DNA of 64,000 bases, taken from the NCBI GenBank assembly GCA_035574275.1, contig DATLYY010000003.1, positions 20,482 through 84,481 on the forward strand. The letters run 5' to 3'. Made by a program: the position numbers and the translations under genes. The stretch comes from Verrucomicrobiia bacterium (GTDB lineage Bacteria; Zixibacteria; MSB-5A5; DSPP01). This document shows, one piece after another, positions 9,501-18,802 of this stretch; within the stretch, counting starts at the first letter, position 1, and each line of letters opens with the position of its first letter. The notes beneath the pieces are model-generated. The model ran no database searches, was not told the DNA's origin, and was given only the letters and a program-made list of their open reading frames with translations.

Positions 9501-11192
9501 ATGCGCCGATTCGTCTTGGGACTGACCATACAGCTTTTCTTAAGCCCGGCACTTTTGGCCATGCCGCCCCATCCGGAGGTTTTGGACAAGATTCAAAGGG
9601 GGGAGTTGAAAGCCCCCCGGCATAATCTGATGGTCAGCGAAGAAGAGCTGGCCAAAGCCGGTTTCAACCCGGCGCAGTTGAAGGCGCTGGCGCCGGCCAA
9701 AACCAAGGCCGCCGGGCCGTTCAATATGCTGGTGGTCATGGTCGATTTTTCGGATAAAAATTCGCAGGTGGCGCCGGTTTTTTTCGATTCGTTGGTATTC
9801 GCCAAAACCCAAAACTCGGTCTGGCGCTATTACGACGAAAACTCCTATGGCAATTTTGATTTGGTTACCTTGAATTATCCCTCTTCCACCGGCTGGCTGC
9901 GGGCGCCGCAGACTTTGGCCTATTATGCGAACGGGACAAACGGCTTCGGGGCCTATCCCCAGAACGCCCAAAAGCTGGTGGAGGATGCCGTGGATTTGAT
10001 AAACCCGCTGGTCAACTTTGCCGATTACGACAACGACAACGACGGCTTTGTAGACGGCATCACCTTTGTTCACGCCGGACGGGGGGCGGAAGTCTCGGGC
10101 AATCCCAACGACATCTGGTCCCACAAATGGGGAATCACCCCGCGGCTGCGGGACGGGGTTTATATCTTCAATTACAGCATGGAACCGGAATATTTTACGA
10201 ACCCCGGCGACGTGACCATCGGCGTTTTCTGCCACGAGTTCGGCCACGCCATCGGCGGGCTTCCGGATCTGTACGACACGGACGGCGGCTCGCAGGGTGT
10301 CGGGCGCTGGAGCGTGATGGCGGGCGGCAGCTGGAACGGCAGCCCGATGGGCGCCTCCCCCGCCCACTTCGACGCCTGGTGCAAAATCGAGCTGGGATTT
10401 GCCGTGGCGGGCGTGATTGCAAATAACCAGACCGGCGTCCGGATTCCGTATGCCGAGCGATCCAATGCCGGAATTTTCCGGCTCTGGACGAACGGCACCA
10501 TCGGCCCGGAATATTTTCTGGTGGAAAACCGCCAGCGCCGGGGATACGACACGGCCTTGACTTCCTCCGGTCTTTTAATCTGGCACATCGACGACACGGT
10601 TTCTTCCGGCAACAACCGCCCCTGGTACCCGCCGAACAGCCCGTCCACCGGCCATTACAAAGTCGCCTTGGTGCAGGCCGACAATCTCTTTCAACTGGAA
10701 AAAAATCTGAACAGCGGCAATTCCGGTGACCCCTATCCCGGCTCGACGGTGAACCGGAATTTCCACGCTTCCTCCGCTCCCAATTCCAACGGCTATGCGG
10801 GAGCCGGCTCGTTGGTGCAGGTGACCAACATCTCCAACTCCGGCGACACGATGACCGCCGATTTCTTCGTGCAGGCGCCGACCGACGTGGATGACGGGAT
10901 CTTCAACCGGCCGAAAAACTTTCAACTGGCGCAGAATTATCCGAACCCCTTCAACCCGGCCACCGTGATTGCCTACACGCTGGAAAAAAGCGGCCCGGTG
11001 GAGTTGCAGATTTTCAATCTGCTGGGGGAAAAGGTGAAGACGCTGGTTTCCGGCCATCAGGGGGCGGGACTGCATCAAAAAAGCTGGGATGGCAGGGACG
11101 AATCCGGCCGGGTAGTTTCCTCCGGGCTGTATCTGTACCGGCTGCGGCTGGAAAAGTTTGCCGAAACCAAAAAAATGATGCTCGTGCGATAA
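9501..11192 (+). CDS. secreted M6-family (immune-inhibitor-A-like) zinc metalloprotease with a C-terminal Por/T9SS-type sorting domain
   Basis: Signal peptide, HEFGHAIG zinc motif in M6-like context, and a C-terminal ~80 aa (NYPNPFNP...SGLYLYRL...KMMLVR) matching the T9SS type-A CTD pattern. Confidence 0.8.
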   Translation: MRRFVLGLTIQLFLSPALLAMPPHPEVLDKIQRGELKAPRHNLMVSEEELAKAGFNPAQLKALAPAKTKAAGPFNMLVVMVDFSDKNSQVAPVFFDSLVFAKTQNSVWRYYDENSYGNFDLVTLNYPSSTGWLRAPQTLAYYANGTNGFGAYPQNAQKLVEDAVDLINPLVNFADYDNDNDGFVDGITFVHAGRGAEVSGNPNDIWSHKWGITPRLRDGVYIFNYSMEPEYFTNPGDVTIGVFCHEFGHAIGGLPDLYDTDGGSQGVGRWSVMAGGSWNGSPMGASPAHFDAWCKIELGFAVAGVIANNQTGVRIPYAERSNAGIFRLWTNGTIGPEYFLVENRQRRGYDTALTSSGLLIWHIDDTVSSGNNRPWYPPNSPSTGHYKVALVQADNLFQLEKNLNSGNSGDPYPGSTVNRNFHASSAPNSNGYAGAGSLVQVTNISNSGDTMTADFFVQAPTDVDDGIFNRPKNFQLAQNYPNPFNPATVIAYTLEKSGPVELQIFNLLGEKVKTLVSGHQGAGLHQKSWDGRDESGRVVSSGLYLYRLRLEKFAETKKMMLVR

Positions 11193-11245
11193 ACGCGATG
11201 TAGCAAACGACCAGAAAAAATTCCCCGCCGCCAGGAGCTTCCGCA

Positions 11246-11306
11246 CCCCCCGGAAGAGGGCCCAGACCCGCTGGGGCCTCCCTGGCGGCCTTTTTTTGCC
11301 GATAAT
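11246..11306 (+). terminator. long hairpin (GCCGCCAGG ... CCTGGCGGC) followed by T7, terminator of the M6 gene
   Basis: 9-bp inverted repeat separated by about 36 nt, then CTTTTTTT, immediately before the next gene's ATG. Confidence 0.45.
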
Positions 11307-13094
11307 TTGAATATGCCGGAGAAGCTCGGACGGTGGAGTTTTACGTTGAAACTTTCCACCCTGCTTTTGATTTTGTTTTTTTTGATCAGCAATTTTTCCT
11401 TTCTCTGGCTTTCCTACCGGGCCAAAAACGCGCTGAAAACCGAGATTAAAGTAAAACTTGAAGCCGCCGCCGCCCAGCTCTCCCGCCTGGCCGGGAATTC
11501 CTCCCGCCCGGAAGAGGCCCGGGCTCTGGTGCAGAAGTTTCTTTTCGAGCGGGAGCTTTTGGCCGTCGGTTTTTTCAACGGCCCCCTCCCCACCGTCTGG
11601 ACCGCCCTGGACAACAAAACCGGCTTTGCAACCGACTACCGGCCGGTGAATGAGCCGTCACTTTCCGGCCCGATTGAATTCGGGGGGCATTTCACGATAA
11701 CCTACTCCTTTCCGGCGGGAACCAACCGGCCGGCCGGTTTCGTCATCGCCCAAGCCGATCCGCTGGGAAGGTTGGAGGAGCTTTTCCGGCTGCAGACCTT
11801 CTTCTGGATTCTGGGGTTCCTTTTAATGGCCGCCACGGTGAGCCTGCTCTGGCGCTTTGTCTTGGCCCCCTTCGAGGCGGTGGAGAAAAAGGCGGCCGAG
11901 GCCCATCTTGCTCCGGCCAAAACACCGGGGGAGGACCCGGCCGAACTGGTCATCGCCCGGTTTGAAAAAGCGCTGGCCGAGCTGAAAGCCAAGGAACAGG
12001 AGCTTTCCCGGCTGTACGAGGAATCGGAGAAAAAGGCCCTGCATTACTCCGCTTTGAGCAAACATTTAATCGACAGTTTGGGCTCCGGCATTGTCATCTT
12101 CGACCCGAACGGGGACATTGTTGATTTCAACCCCGCCGCGGGACTGCTTTTGGGATTGAATGAAAACCGGCGGCTTCCCGGATCGCTGAAAAAAGTTCTG
12201 CCGGAGGTGAAGCCGGGACACCCGGCCGAAAGCGTTGAACTGGAAGTGCAGATGGGAGGGCAGACCAAAATATTGGCCGTTTCCGCCTCCGCCATCACGA
12301 ACCCTAACGGGGAAAATTTGGGAAAGGCCCTTCTGGTCTCCGATTTGACCGATTTCAAGGAAATGGAAACAAAATTGAAGGAAAAGGAGCACTGGGCCTT
12401 TTTGGGGGAAACCGCCGCCGGGCTGGCCCACGAACTGCGCAACGCCCTTGCCGTGATGGTCGGTTACGGAAAACTTTTGGCCAAGGCGGTGGGGGAGGAC
12501 CACCCTTCGCACAAAACCGCCGGCGAACTTCTGCGGGAATCCCAGGCCGCCGAGGAGACCCTGAAACGGTTTTTGGAATACGCCCGGCCGGGAGAGGTGT
12601 TTCTTGAAACTCTGGACTTGCGGGGGCTCTTGGAAGAAACCATCGCCTCGCTCAAACCCCGCTTCCCTTCCGCGGGCTTCCGGCTAAACGCCCCCCTGGA
12701 GGCCTCCGTCCGTTCGGATGCCGCCCTGCTCAAGCAGATTTTTTCCAACCTGATTTTAAACGGCGCCGAGGCGGCCGGGGATGGGGGAATGGTTAAAGTA
12801 ACGCTTGAAGCTTCTCAAACTCCGATGGGATGGAAAATCGAAGTCGCCGATTCCGGCCCGGGCGTTGCCGAAACAGAAAAAGAGAAGCTTTTCACCCCCT
12901 TTTTTACAACCAAGCGGGACGGCACCGGGCTGGGGCTGGCTTTGGCCAAAAAGGCCGTTCACCTGCTGGAAGGGGAGATTCGGCTAAAGGACGGAACCAA
13001 GGGAGCTGTATTTACCGTAACCCTGCCTGCTGAACGGTTACGGAATCTGCCCGGCAAAGATGAAGTTCAAAAAAAGCACCACGTCCGCGGATGA
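11307..13094 (+). CDS. membrane sensor histidine kinase (two TM helices, PAS-like region, HisKA plus HATPase_c)
   Basis: H-box LAHELRNALAV and G-boxes (GTGLGLALAKK) are present. No cognate response regulator is adjacent. Confidence 0.85.
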   Translation: MNMPEKLGRWSFTLKLSTLLLILFFLISNFSFLWLSYRAKNALKTEIKVKLEAAAAQLSRLAGNSSRPEEARALVQKFLFERELLAVGFFNGPLPTVWTALDNKTGFATDYRPVNEPSLSGPIEFGGHFTITYSFPAGTNRPAGFVIAQADPLGRLEELFRLQTFFWILGFLLMAATVSLLWRFVLAPFEAVEKKAAEAHLAPAKTPGEDPAELVIARFEKALAELKAKEQELSRLYEESEKKALHYSALSKHLIDSLGSGIVIFDPNGDIVDFNPAAGLLLGLNENRRLPGSLKKVLPEVKPGHPAESVELEVQMGGQTKILAVSASAITNPNGENLGKALLVSDLTDFKEMETKLKEKEHWAFLGETAAGLAHELRNALAVMVGYGKLLAKAVGEDHPSHKTAGELLRESQAAEETLKRFLEYARPGEVFLETLDLRGLLEETIASLKPRFPSAGFRLNAPLEASVRSDAALLKQIFSNLILNGAEAAGDGGMVKVTLEASQTPMGWKIEVADSGPGVAETEKEKLFTPFFTTKRDGTGLGLALAKKAVHLLEGEIRLKDGTKGAVFTVTLPAERLRNLPGKDEVQKKHHVRG

Positions 13095-15176
13095 AAGCTG
13101 TCCGTCACCATTGGCGTCCCCCCGTTGCGGACGGTGGGGGGGCGTAAGCCCCATAAAAACGTAGTTCAACTCCAGAACCAAATCGGCCGGCGTTGCTTTT
13201 CCGTCCCCGTTCAAATCCATGAAATGCGGGCTGAAGGTCACGGTCTTTTTGACCCAGTCGCCGAACCGACCCGTTTGTCCTTGCGAGTCGACTGCGGCAA
13301 CCGAGAAGTAATATTCACCGGGAGCATCCAATTCAAAAGCAAATGTGCTTTCCGCCGGCAGGGAGAGGACCGTGTCTTTGGCAAAGCGTAAAACCGGATA
13401 AATGTTTCGCAGGTAAATCCCGCCCGGCGTATACCCGAGGTCGGTGAAGTAACTGAATCGGAAACGCACCTTCCGGCCGGCGTAGGCATTCAGCGGAAAC
13501 TCCATTCCCGTCCATAAACCCGGGGAGGCGGTGATTCCCTTTTGCTCCCGGTTGAAAGGGGAGCCGTCGGGGGTGGCATGGTTTCCCGTCAAGGGATGAA
13601 AACTCCTACCCCCGTCGGTGGAAATCTCTCCGTAGGCGTAATCAAAGTACGGCTCGATGTTATAATAGGTCTCGGCCCGCAGCGTGTCGTTCGGACCGAC
13701 CAAATAGGCGTTTTTGGAATCCAGGACGGCTATCAAGGCCGGATCGGCCCCGGAGAAAAATGATTTTTTGGCGGTATCGTCGGGGGAGGGCACGATACTG
13801 AAACCCACCAGCTTCCAATGGTCTGTGTTCCGAACGGAATCGATAATTGTCTGCGGTTCCCTTGAGATTTTCAGGAGGTAACCGCCCGCTGGGTTGCCGG
13901 GATCGGACTGCCGCCATTCCAATTCCGCCGCGCCGTTCGCCACTTGCGTGTCCAGGGACAAAAACTCCGGCGGCTCGGGGGGAAGAATTTTTTTGGGGTT
14001 ATCGGCAATCGAGGCATAGAACAGATTGGGCATTAAGTTTTCTGCCGCCAGAACTGGAATCCGGGGAAGGGAGGGCCAAAAGCCATCGTTCGGCCCGCCC
14101 ACTTCCGGTGTAAAGCTGTAAATCGGACTGGCGGTGTTGGAGCTGTAGGCCCAGTCGATGGAAGTGCCATTGGTCAAGTAAAGCTGCCATCCGGGGCCGG
14201 GAATGTAACCGTTGTGCTGCACGGCGGAATCGGCCAGGGCGCGGTACAGCCAGTAGTCCGCCGCCGGCTCCGTGCCGTATCCCCAGGGAAAAAGCCAGAG
14301 GTTGGAATAGGTGTGGTAATCGATTTCAATCTTGAAATTGCGGGAGAGAACGAAATCCCGCAGCCGCTGGGTCTCCGGCTCGGAAAACGGAGCCGCACCG
14401 CGGTACGTTTCATTGGCCGGATTCGAGCTGGATCCGAACTCATCCAAACCCCAGAGGTATCCGAAGTTTCGGTTCAAATCCACACCAAAACTGCCCCCTG
14501 CGTTGGGCCGGCGGTTTTTTCGCCAAAAACCGCCTCCGGAAGGGTTGGTGGTTTGGTTATAGACGTAGCCGTCAGGGTTCACGACCGGGATAAAGTACAG
14601 GTCTCGGCCGTTCAAAAGCCCGGTTACAAACGGGTCGGAATCGTAGTTTTGCAACAGATGCCGGATGGTGTAAAGCAGAACCTCCATGCTCATCGGTTCC
14701 CGGGCGTGGGTCAGGGCCGTGTACAGCACTTCCGGCCGCCCGTCGCTGCCGTTCGGCAGGTTGGAGATCTTGACGCCCCAGATTTCCCGCCCCTCCAGCG
14801 ACTGCCCGATGGTAAAAACCGGCGAGACCAGATCGGGGCGCGCGGCTCGAATCGAATCCAAAAAGCTCTTCACCTCGGAATAGGTGTGGTATCCCCCCAT
14901 CGATGCCCCCAGAAGCCCGGCACCCTGCGCGCGCAAATCCGGCACGGCTACAAAAGGGGAAAAACCCATGAACCGAAGCTGGTTGATTTCGAAACTGTCG
15001 GCCACGATGTCAACGAACGCCCCCTCCGGCTCCATGTAGGCCACATCCAGTCCGGAAGCGAGCAGGTGCAAAAGCTGCATTTTGGAAGTTATGGGCACCC
15101 GCACCAGACTTTCTGTTCCGAAGGCGAAAGGACAAAATCCCAGGAAGATTGCCAGCCAGACCCCGATTTTTCGCAT
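13038..15176 (-). CDS. secreted M14-family zinc carboxypeptidase with a C-terminal dockerin-like repeat pair
   Basis: Signal peptide, carboxypeptidase-A-like HAREPMS and NPDGY motifs, and a C-terminal DLNGDGKATPADLVLELNYV / DANGDGQLSSADVVLFLNFIF (dockerin type I calcium-binding repeats). Overlaps the convergent HK gene by 57 nt. Confidence 0.8.
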   Translation of the reverse strand: MRKIGVWLAIFLGFCPFAFGTESLVRVPITSKMQLLHLLASGLDVAYMEPEGAFVDIVADSFEINQLRFMGFSPFVAVPDLRAQGAGLLGASMGGYHTYSEVKSFLDSIRAARPDLVSPVFTIGQSLEGREIWGVKISNLPNGSDGRPEVLYTALTHAREPMSMEVLLYTIRHLLQNYDSDPFVTGLLNGRDLYFIPVVNPDGYVYNQTTNPSGGGFWRKNRRPNAGGSFGVDLNRNFGYLWGLDEFGSSSNPANETYRGAAPFSEPETQRLRDFVLSRNFKIEIDYHTYSNLWLFPWGYGTEPAADYWLYRALADSAVQHNGYIPGPGWQLYLTNGTSIDWAYSSNTASPIYSFTPEVGGPNDGFWPSLPRIPVLAAENLMPNLFYASIADNPKKILPPEPPEFLSLDTQVANGAAELEWRQSDPGNPAGGYLLKISREPQTIIDSVRNTDHWKLVGFSIVPSPDDTAKKSFFSGADPALIAVLDSKNAYLVGPNDTLRAETYYNIEPYFDYAYGEISTDGGRSFHPLTGNHATPDGSPFNREQKGITASPGLWTGMEFPLNAYAGRKVRFRFSYFTDLGYTPGGIYLRNIYPVLRFAKDTVLSLPAESTFAFELDAPGEYYFSVAAVDSQGQTGRFGDWVKKTVTFSPHFMDLNGDGKATPADLVLELNYVFMGLTPPHRPQRGDANGDGQLSSADVVLFLNFIFAGQIP

Positions 15177-15258
15177 AACCCTTTATTAAGTATAACCTCC
15201 CCTTCAAAAAAAACAACAACGCTCCCCCGGATTTTCCGTATAATTTATGACCAACGGT

Positions 15259-15813
15259 ATGAAGACCAGCCCGACGGTCGCCCGAAAAAACCTTTCCCCG
15301 CGTTTTTGGAAATCCCCCGCCTTCCGGTTTGTGGGAAAATTTCTTTTGTTTTTGATTCTCTTGGGGGCCCTTTACTCCCAAATTTCCAGCCGCTGGGATG
15401 CTTTTCGCAACGGCTTCACGGCAGCTACGGCCAGGATGGTGAGCGGCTGCTATTCGCTGGCGGGGGGCAAAACGTCGGCGGCCGGAAGTTTGATTTCCGG
15501 TGAAAAAATCGCCCTGCAGGTTATCGAGGAATGCACGGGGGCCTATGAGATGATAATTTTCGCCGCCGCTGTTATTGCCTTTCCGACCGGCTGGCGGAAA
15601 AAGGGATGGGGGATACTTTTCGGCCTCCCCCTTTTGTACGGCATAAATATTCTCCGGATGATGCTGTTGGCCTACGTTCAAGCCCACGGCAGTCCCAACC
15701 TGTTTGATTTCATGCATGTCTATTTCTGGCAGGCCACTTTGATTCTGATGATTTTAGGCGTTTTCATCCTCTGGATAAAGCTGGCGGTCTTTCGGAATGT
15801 CCAAACTGCTTAG
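15259..15813 (+). CDS. small exosortase/archaeosortase-family-like membrane protein (possible mini-exosortase)
   Basis: 4-5 TM helices with an EECTG motif at the start of a helix (compare the catalytic CSG Cys of exosortases) and an Arg in the next helix. TATAAT at 15239-15244 precedes the first ATG (15247) by 2 nt. The second ATG (15259) fits a leaderless start better. Confidence 0.4.
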   Translation: MKTSPTVARKNLSPRFWKSPAFRFVGKFLLFLILLGALYSQISSRWDAFRNGFTAATARMVSGCYSLAGGKTSAAGSLISGEKIALQVIEECTGAYEMIIFAAAVIAFPTGWRKKGWGILFGLPLLYGINILRMMLLAYVQAHGSPNLFDFMHVYFWQATLILMILGVFILWIKLAVFRNVQTA

Positions 15814-16282
15814 ATTTTTTCTTCTTCTGATAGCCGTCTCGCTTCCCCTCTTCTGGCTTTGGATGGAATGGGGGCAGGTCAATTACCAAAAGCTGATGGG
15901 GGCCGTCATTGTCCCCGCGGCCAAGGCGCTGGGGGAAAAACAGTTGAACCTGTTCGTGCTAAAGGCGCATTATATGAACGCCGTGCCGCTGGTTGCTTTG
16001 ATTCTGGTCACTCCCGCCTTGGGGTGGAAGAAACGGTTGACGGCCCTACTTCTCGGCCTGGCGATACTTTTCACCTGGCATCTTTTTTTCAGCTTGGTTT
16101 TGAACCACTATCAAACTCTTTGGGGGCGCGACCGGCGGTTCTACCGCCTTTTCATACCCGCCATCTCCATCAACTCCGCCATGCCGGTCGTTCTTTGGAT
16201 TGTTCTGGCCTGGCGGGGGGCCAAAGAACTCCTGGGGGAGATTTTCGCCCGCCCGAAAGAGTCGCAAGCGGTCAAAAACTGA
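15797..16282 (+). CDS. membrane protein (4 TM), likely partner of the exosortase-like protein
   Basis: Overlaps the upstream gene by 17 nt and is hydrophobic throughout. No known motifs. Confidence 0.45.
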   Translation: MSKLLRFFLLLIAVSLPLFWLWMEWGQVNYQKLMGAVIVPAAKALGEKQLNLFVLKAHYMNAVPLVALILVTPALGWKKRLTALLLGLAILFTWHLFFSLVLNHYQTLWGRDRRFYRLFIPAISINSAMPVVLWIVLAWRGAKELLGEIFARPKESQAVKN

Positions 16283-16305
16283 CAGCGATTTTCTGTTTTG
16301 GCCGG

Positions 16306-17100
16306 CTATCGGATAGCCAGGAACCGCTCCGTGTAAAGGGAAATCAGCTCCCCGCCCCAGTAGTAGGCCACGAGCGCGGCGATTACCAAAAACGGGCCGA
16401 ACGGAATCAGCCGGTCCGCCAGCGATTTCGGTTTCAACAACCGGATGACGAAGAAGGTTAAAACGGCGACCAAGGAGGCCAGAAAGAAAACCAAAAGAAG
16501 CTTTTGCCACCCCAAAAAGGCCCCCAGCATCGCCGCCATTTTGACGTCCCCCCCGCCCATGCTTTCCTTTTTGAAGATTAACTCGCCGGCATGGGCCAAA
16601 AGAAGAAATCCGCCGCCGCCGACTATAAGGCCGATAAGCCCGTTCTGCCAGCCGACTGCCGGATTCAAGAATGCATACCCCATTCCCAAGAGAATGCCGG
16701 GGAGGGTGAACCAGTCCGGGATTATTCGGAATTCAAGATCGATGAAGAAAATGACCACCAAGGCAAAATTCAGGTAAAACAGAAAGAAAAGCTTCCATCC
16801 CCAGCCAATCGAAAGGAAGGCGGTCAGAAACAACGCGGCGGTGAAAAGCTCCACGAAAAAATAGCGGGGGGAAATCGGCGTTCTGCAGAACGCGCATTTG
16901 GCGCCCAAAAAAAGATAGCTGAAAAGCGGGACATTCCCCCACCAGGGAATCGTTTTTTGGCAGGCAGGGCAGAAGCTTCGCGGCCGGACGACCGAAAGCC
17001 CGCGCGGCAGCCGGTAAATGACGACATTGGCAAAACTGCCAAAAATCAACCCGAGGGCAAAGGCAACCGCCGCGGGAATAAACTCAAGAATTATCATCAT
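16306..17100 (-). CDS. pilD: type IV prepilin peptidase (A24 family)
   Basis: N-terminal CPAC...CAFC zinc tetrad, GGGDVK motif, and polytopic membrane topology. Confidence 0.85.
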   Translation of the reverse strand: MMIILEFIPAAVAFALGLIFGSFANVVIYRLPRGLSVVRPRSFCPACQKTIPWWGNVPLFSYLFLGAKCAFCRTPISPRYFFVELFTAALFLTAFLSIGWGWKLFFLFYLNFALVVIFFIDLEFRIIPDWFTLPGILLGMGYAFLNPAVGWQNGLIGLIVGGGGFLLLAHAGELIFKKESMGGGDVKMAAMLGAFLGWQKLLLVFFLASLVAVLTFFVIRLLKPKSLADRLIPFGPFLVIAALVAYYWGGELISLYTERFLAIR

Positions 17101-18113
17101 CCAAGTTGCTCCCCTTTACTTTTCCAAGGCATTCTCCACGCTGCCAAAAACCAAACCCCTTCATAGGTCAAAGTCAGAAGCCGGGCTGCAATCGGAACCG
17201 TCGCGGCGGCATACGGCGGCAGATAGGCCGAAAGCAAGGCCAGCATCACCCCTTCCCGTACCCCCAATCCCCCGGCGGCAAAGAAGGCCAGATACCCCGC
17301 CAGATAGGCCAAAGGAAAGGCGGAAAGGGAGTACAATACTTCTCGGAACGTCAAGGAGTGGAAAGAAAGGGCCAGAAAGACCACTCCGGCGGAATTCAAA
17401 AACCAGCTGAACCCGTAGTAAACCGAGGATAAAAAAACGGGCCGCCAGCCGAACGGTTCGGGCAGCTCCGCCATCGGCGTCCGCACCAGCCGCCCGAAGG
17501 TTTTGATGATGCCGTGAAAAACTTTGGGGATAAACAGAATCAGAAGCAAGACGACAAAAGCGGCCAGAGCCCAAGTGGGAAGACCCAGTTGCTTGAAAAG
17601 CGGCAAGGCGAAAATTGTGAAGGCTGCCCCGGAAAGAAGCGAGGCAACGAATCCCAGATACAAGGCGGCCAGCAGCCGGCTTGGCGAAATCCCCAAAAAT
17701 TTCCCTAAATAGGCGAAGCTCAAGTACGACCAAATGCGCCCCGGCAGGTAGTGGGCGATGTGCGCCATGCAGTAAATTTTGTAGCTGTCGCGCACCGGGA
17801 TGGAGACCCCCGTGAATTTGAAATTGAACCAGAATGCGGCCGGCTGCCAGGAATGCCCCAAAAGAAGTAGGAGCGCCCCCAGCCCGAACCAAAGCGCGTT
17901 CGGATGAAAACCGTATCGCACGATTTCTCCCCAGTCGGCGCGGATGGTCTGATAGTAAAACCACAAAAACCAGCCGGCCGCGGCGTACTGGAGAACCGGG
18001 AAAAAAACCGACCAGAGCCGCGCTAAGCCGGTTTTTTGGTCAGCACCAAGACCCAGGCCGGCAGGGCCGTTTTGAACGGTTTCAGCAGGGAGGGTTTTAT
18101 CCATTTCATCCAC
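17097..18113 (-). CDS. flippase-like/UPF0104 (LPG-synthase TM domain) membrane protein
   Basis: Eight TM helices and a GGLGVREGV motif typical of the YbhN/MprF-N flippase-like family. The N-terminus overlaps the upstream methyltransferase by 91 nt, so the start is uncertain. Confidence 0.65.
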   Translation of the reverse strand: MDEMDKTLPAETVQNGPAGLGLGADQKTGLARLWSVFFPVLQYAAAGWFLWFYYQTIRADWGEIVRYGFHPNALWFGLGALLLLLGHSWQPAAFWFNFKFTGVSIPVRDSYKIYCMAHIAHYLPGRIWSYLSFAYLGKFLGISPSRLLAALYLGFVASLLSGAAFTIFALPLFKQLGLPTWALAAFVVLLLILFIPKVFHGIIKTFGRLVRTPMAELPEPFGWRPVFLSSVYYGFSWFLNSAGVVFLALSFHSLTFREVLYSLSAFPLAYLAGYLAFFAAGGLGVREGVMLALLSAYLPPYAAATVPIAARLLTLTYEGVWFLAAWRMPWKSKGEQLG

Positions 18114-18802
18114 TTCGGCACCACGTCGGTGGCCGAGAATTTTTCCGGGTTTTCCAGAACCCTGAACGTGTAGTCCGTGATTTCAAAACGGAAAAGAAGC
18201 TTCCGCAAAGCCCGCCAGGAAAGCAGAAACACGTCGTAATCCATCTTCCGGCCGGTTAAATGCATGTACCAGTTGGCCGGTTTGCGCGGCAGCCAGGATA
18301 AAAATGGCAACTTGTAGTGGGCTTCGACCAAAACGTAGCGGTTCCCCGCCCCAAAATAGACGCAGCCGGCCGGTTTCAGGACGCGATACATCTCCGCCAC
18401 CAGCCCGGTCTGGTTTTCAATATGCTCGTACACCTGGTTGCAGATGATGGCGTCCACCGATTCATCCGGCAAGGGCAGTCGCGCCCCGTCCCCGCAGATG
18501 GGGATCAAATTGGGAGAGGCGTTCTCTTTTCCGTATTGCAGGCCTACTTTGTCGTTGTCCAAGGCCAAAACGGTTTTGAAATGCTCGGCAAAATAGCGGG
18601 ACATAATGCAGGTGGAAGCCCCTAAATCAAGACAGGTCATGACGGACAAATCCCCGGCGAAGTCAGCCAAAACCCGAATAACCTTCTCGGCCTTTAAATT
18701 CCGTTCCCCCTTCCGGAAAAGAATGGGAAAACGCTCCGAAAAAGTCCCCTCCGGCCCCCAGCGCCGTTCTATGGACAGATCAACTTGCGGCAGCTTCCCC
18801 AT
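18023..18802 (-). CDS. class I SAM-dependent methyltransferase
   Basis: Motif I LDLGASTC and a Methyltransf_11-like core. Confidence 0.75.
   Translation of the reverse strand: MGKLPQVDLSIERRWGPEGTFSERFPILFRKGERNLKAEKVIRVLADFAGDLSVMTCLDLGASTCIMSRYFAEHFKTVLALDNDKVGLQYGKENASPNLIPICGDGARLPLPDESVDAIICNQVYEHIENQTGLVAEMYRVLKPAGCVYFGAGNRYVLVEAHYKLPFLSWLPRKPANWYMHLTGRKMDYDVFLLSWRALRKLLFRFEITDYTFRVLENPEKFSATDVVPKWMKWIKPSLLKPFKTALPAWVLVLTKKPA

Noticed and set aside
9176-9625. 149-aa plus-strand ORF upstream of, and overlapping, the M6 protease start
   Set aside because: Overlaps the better-supported small ORF and the signal-peptide-encoding start of the protease. No motifs.
14214-15503. 429-aa plus-strand ORF
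   Set aside because: Antisense to the M14 carboxypeptidase and spans the divergent promoter. No domains.
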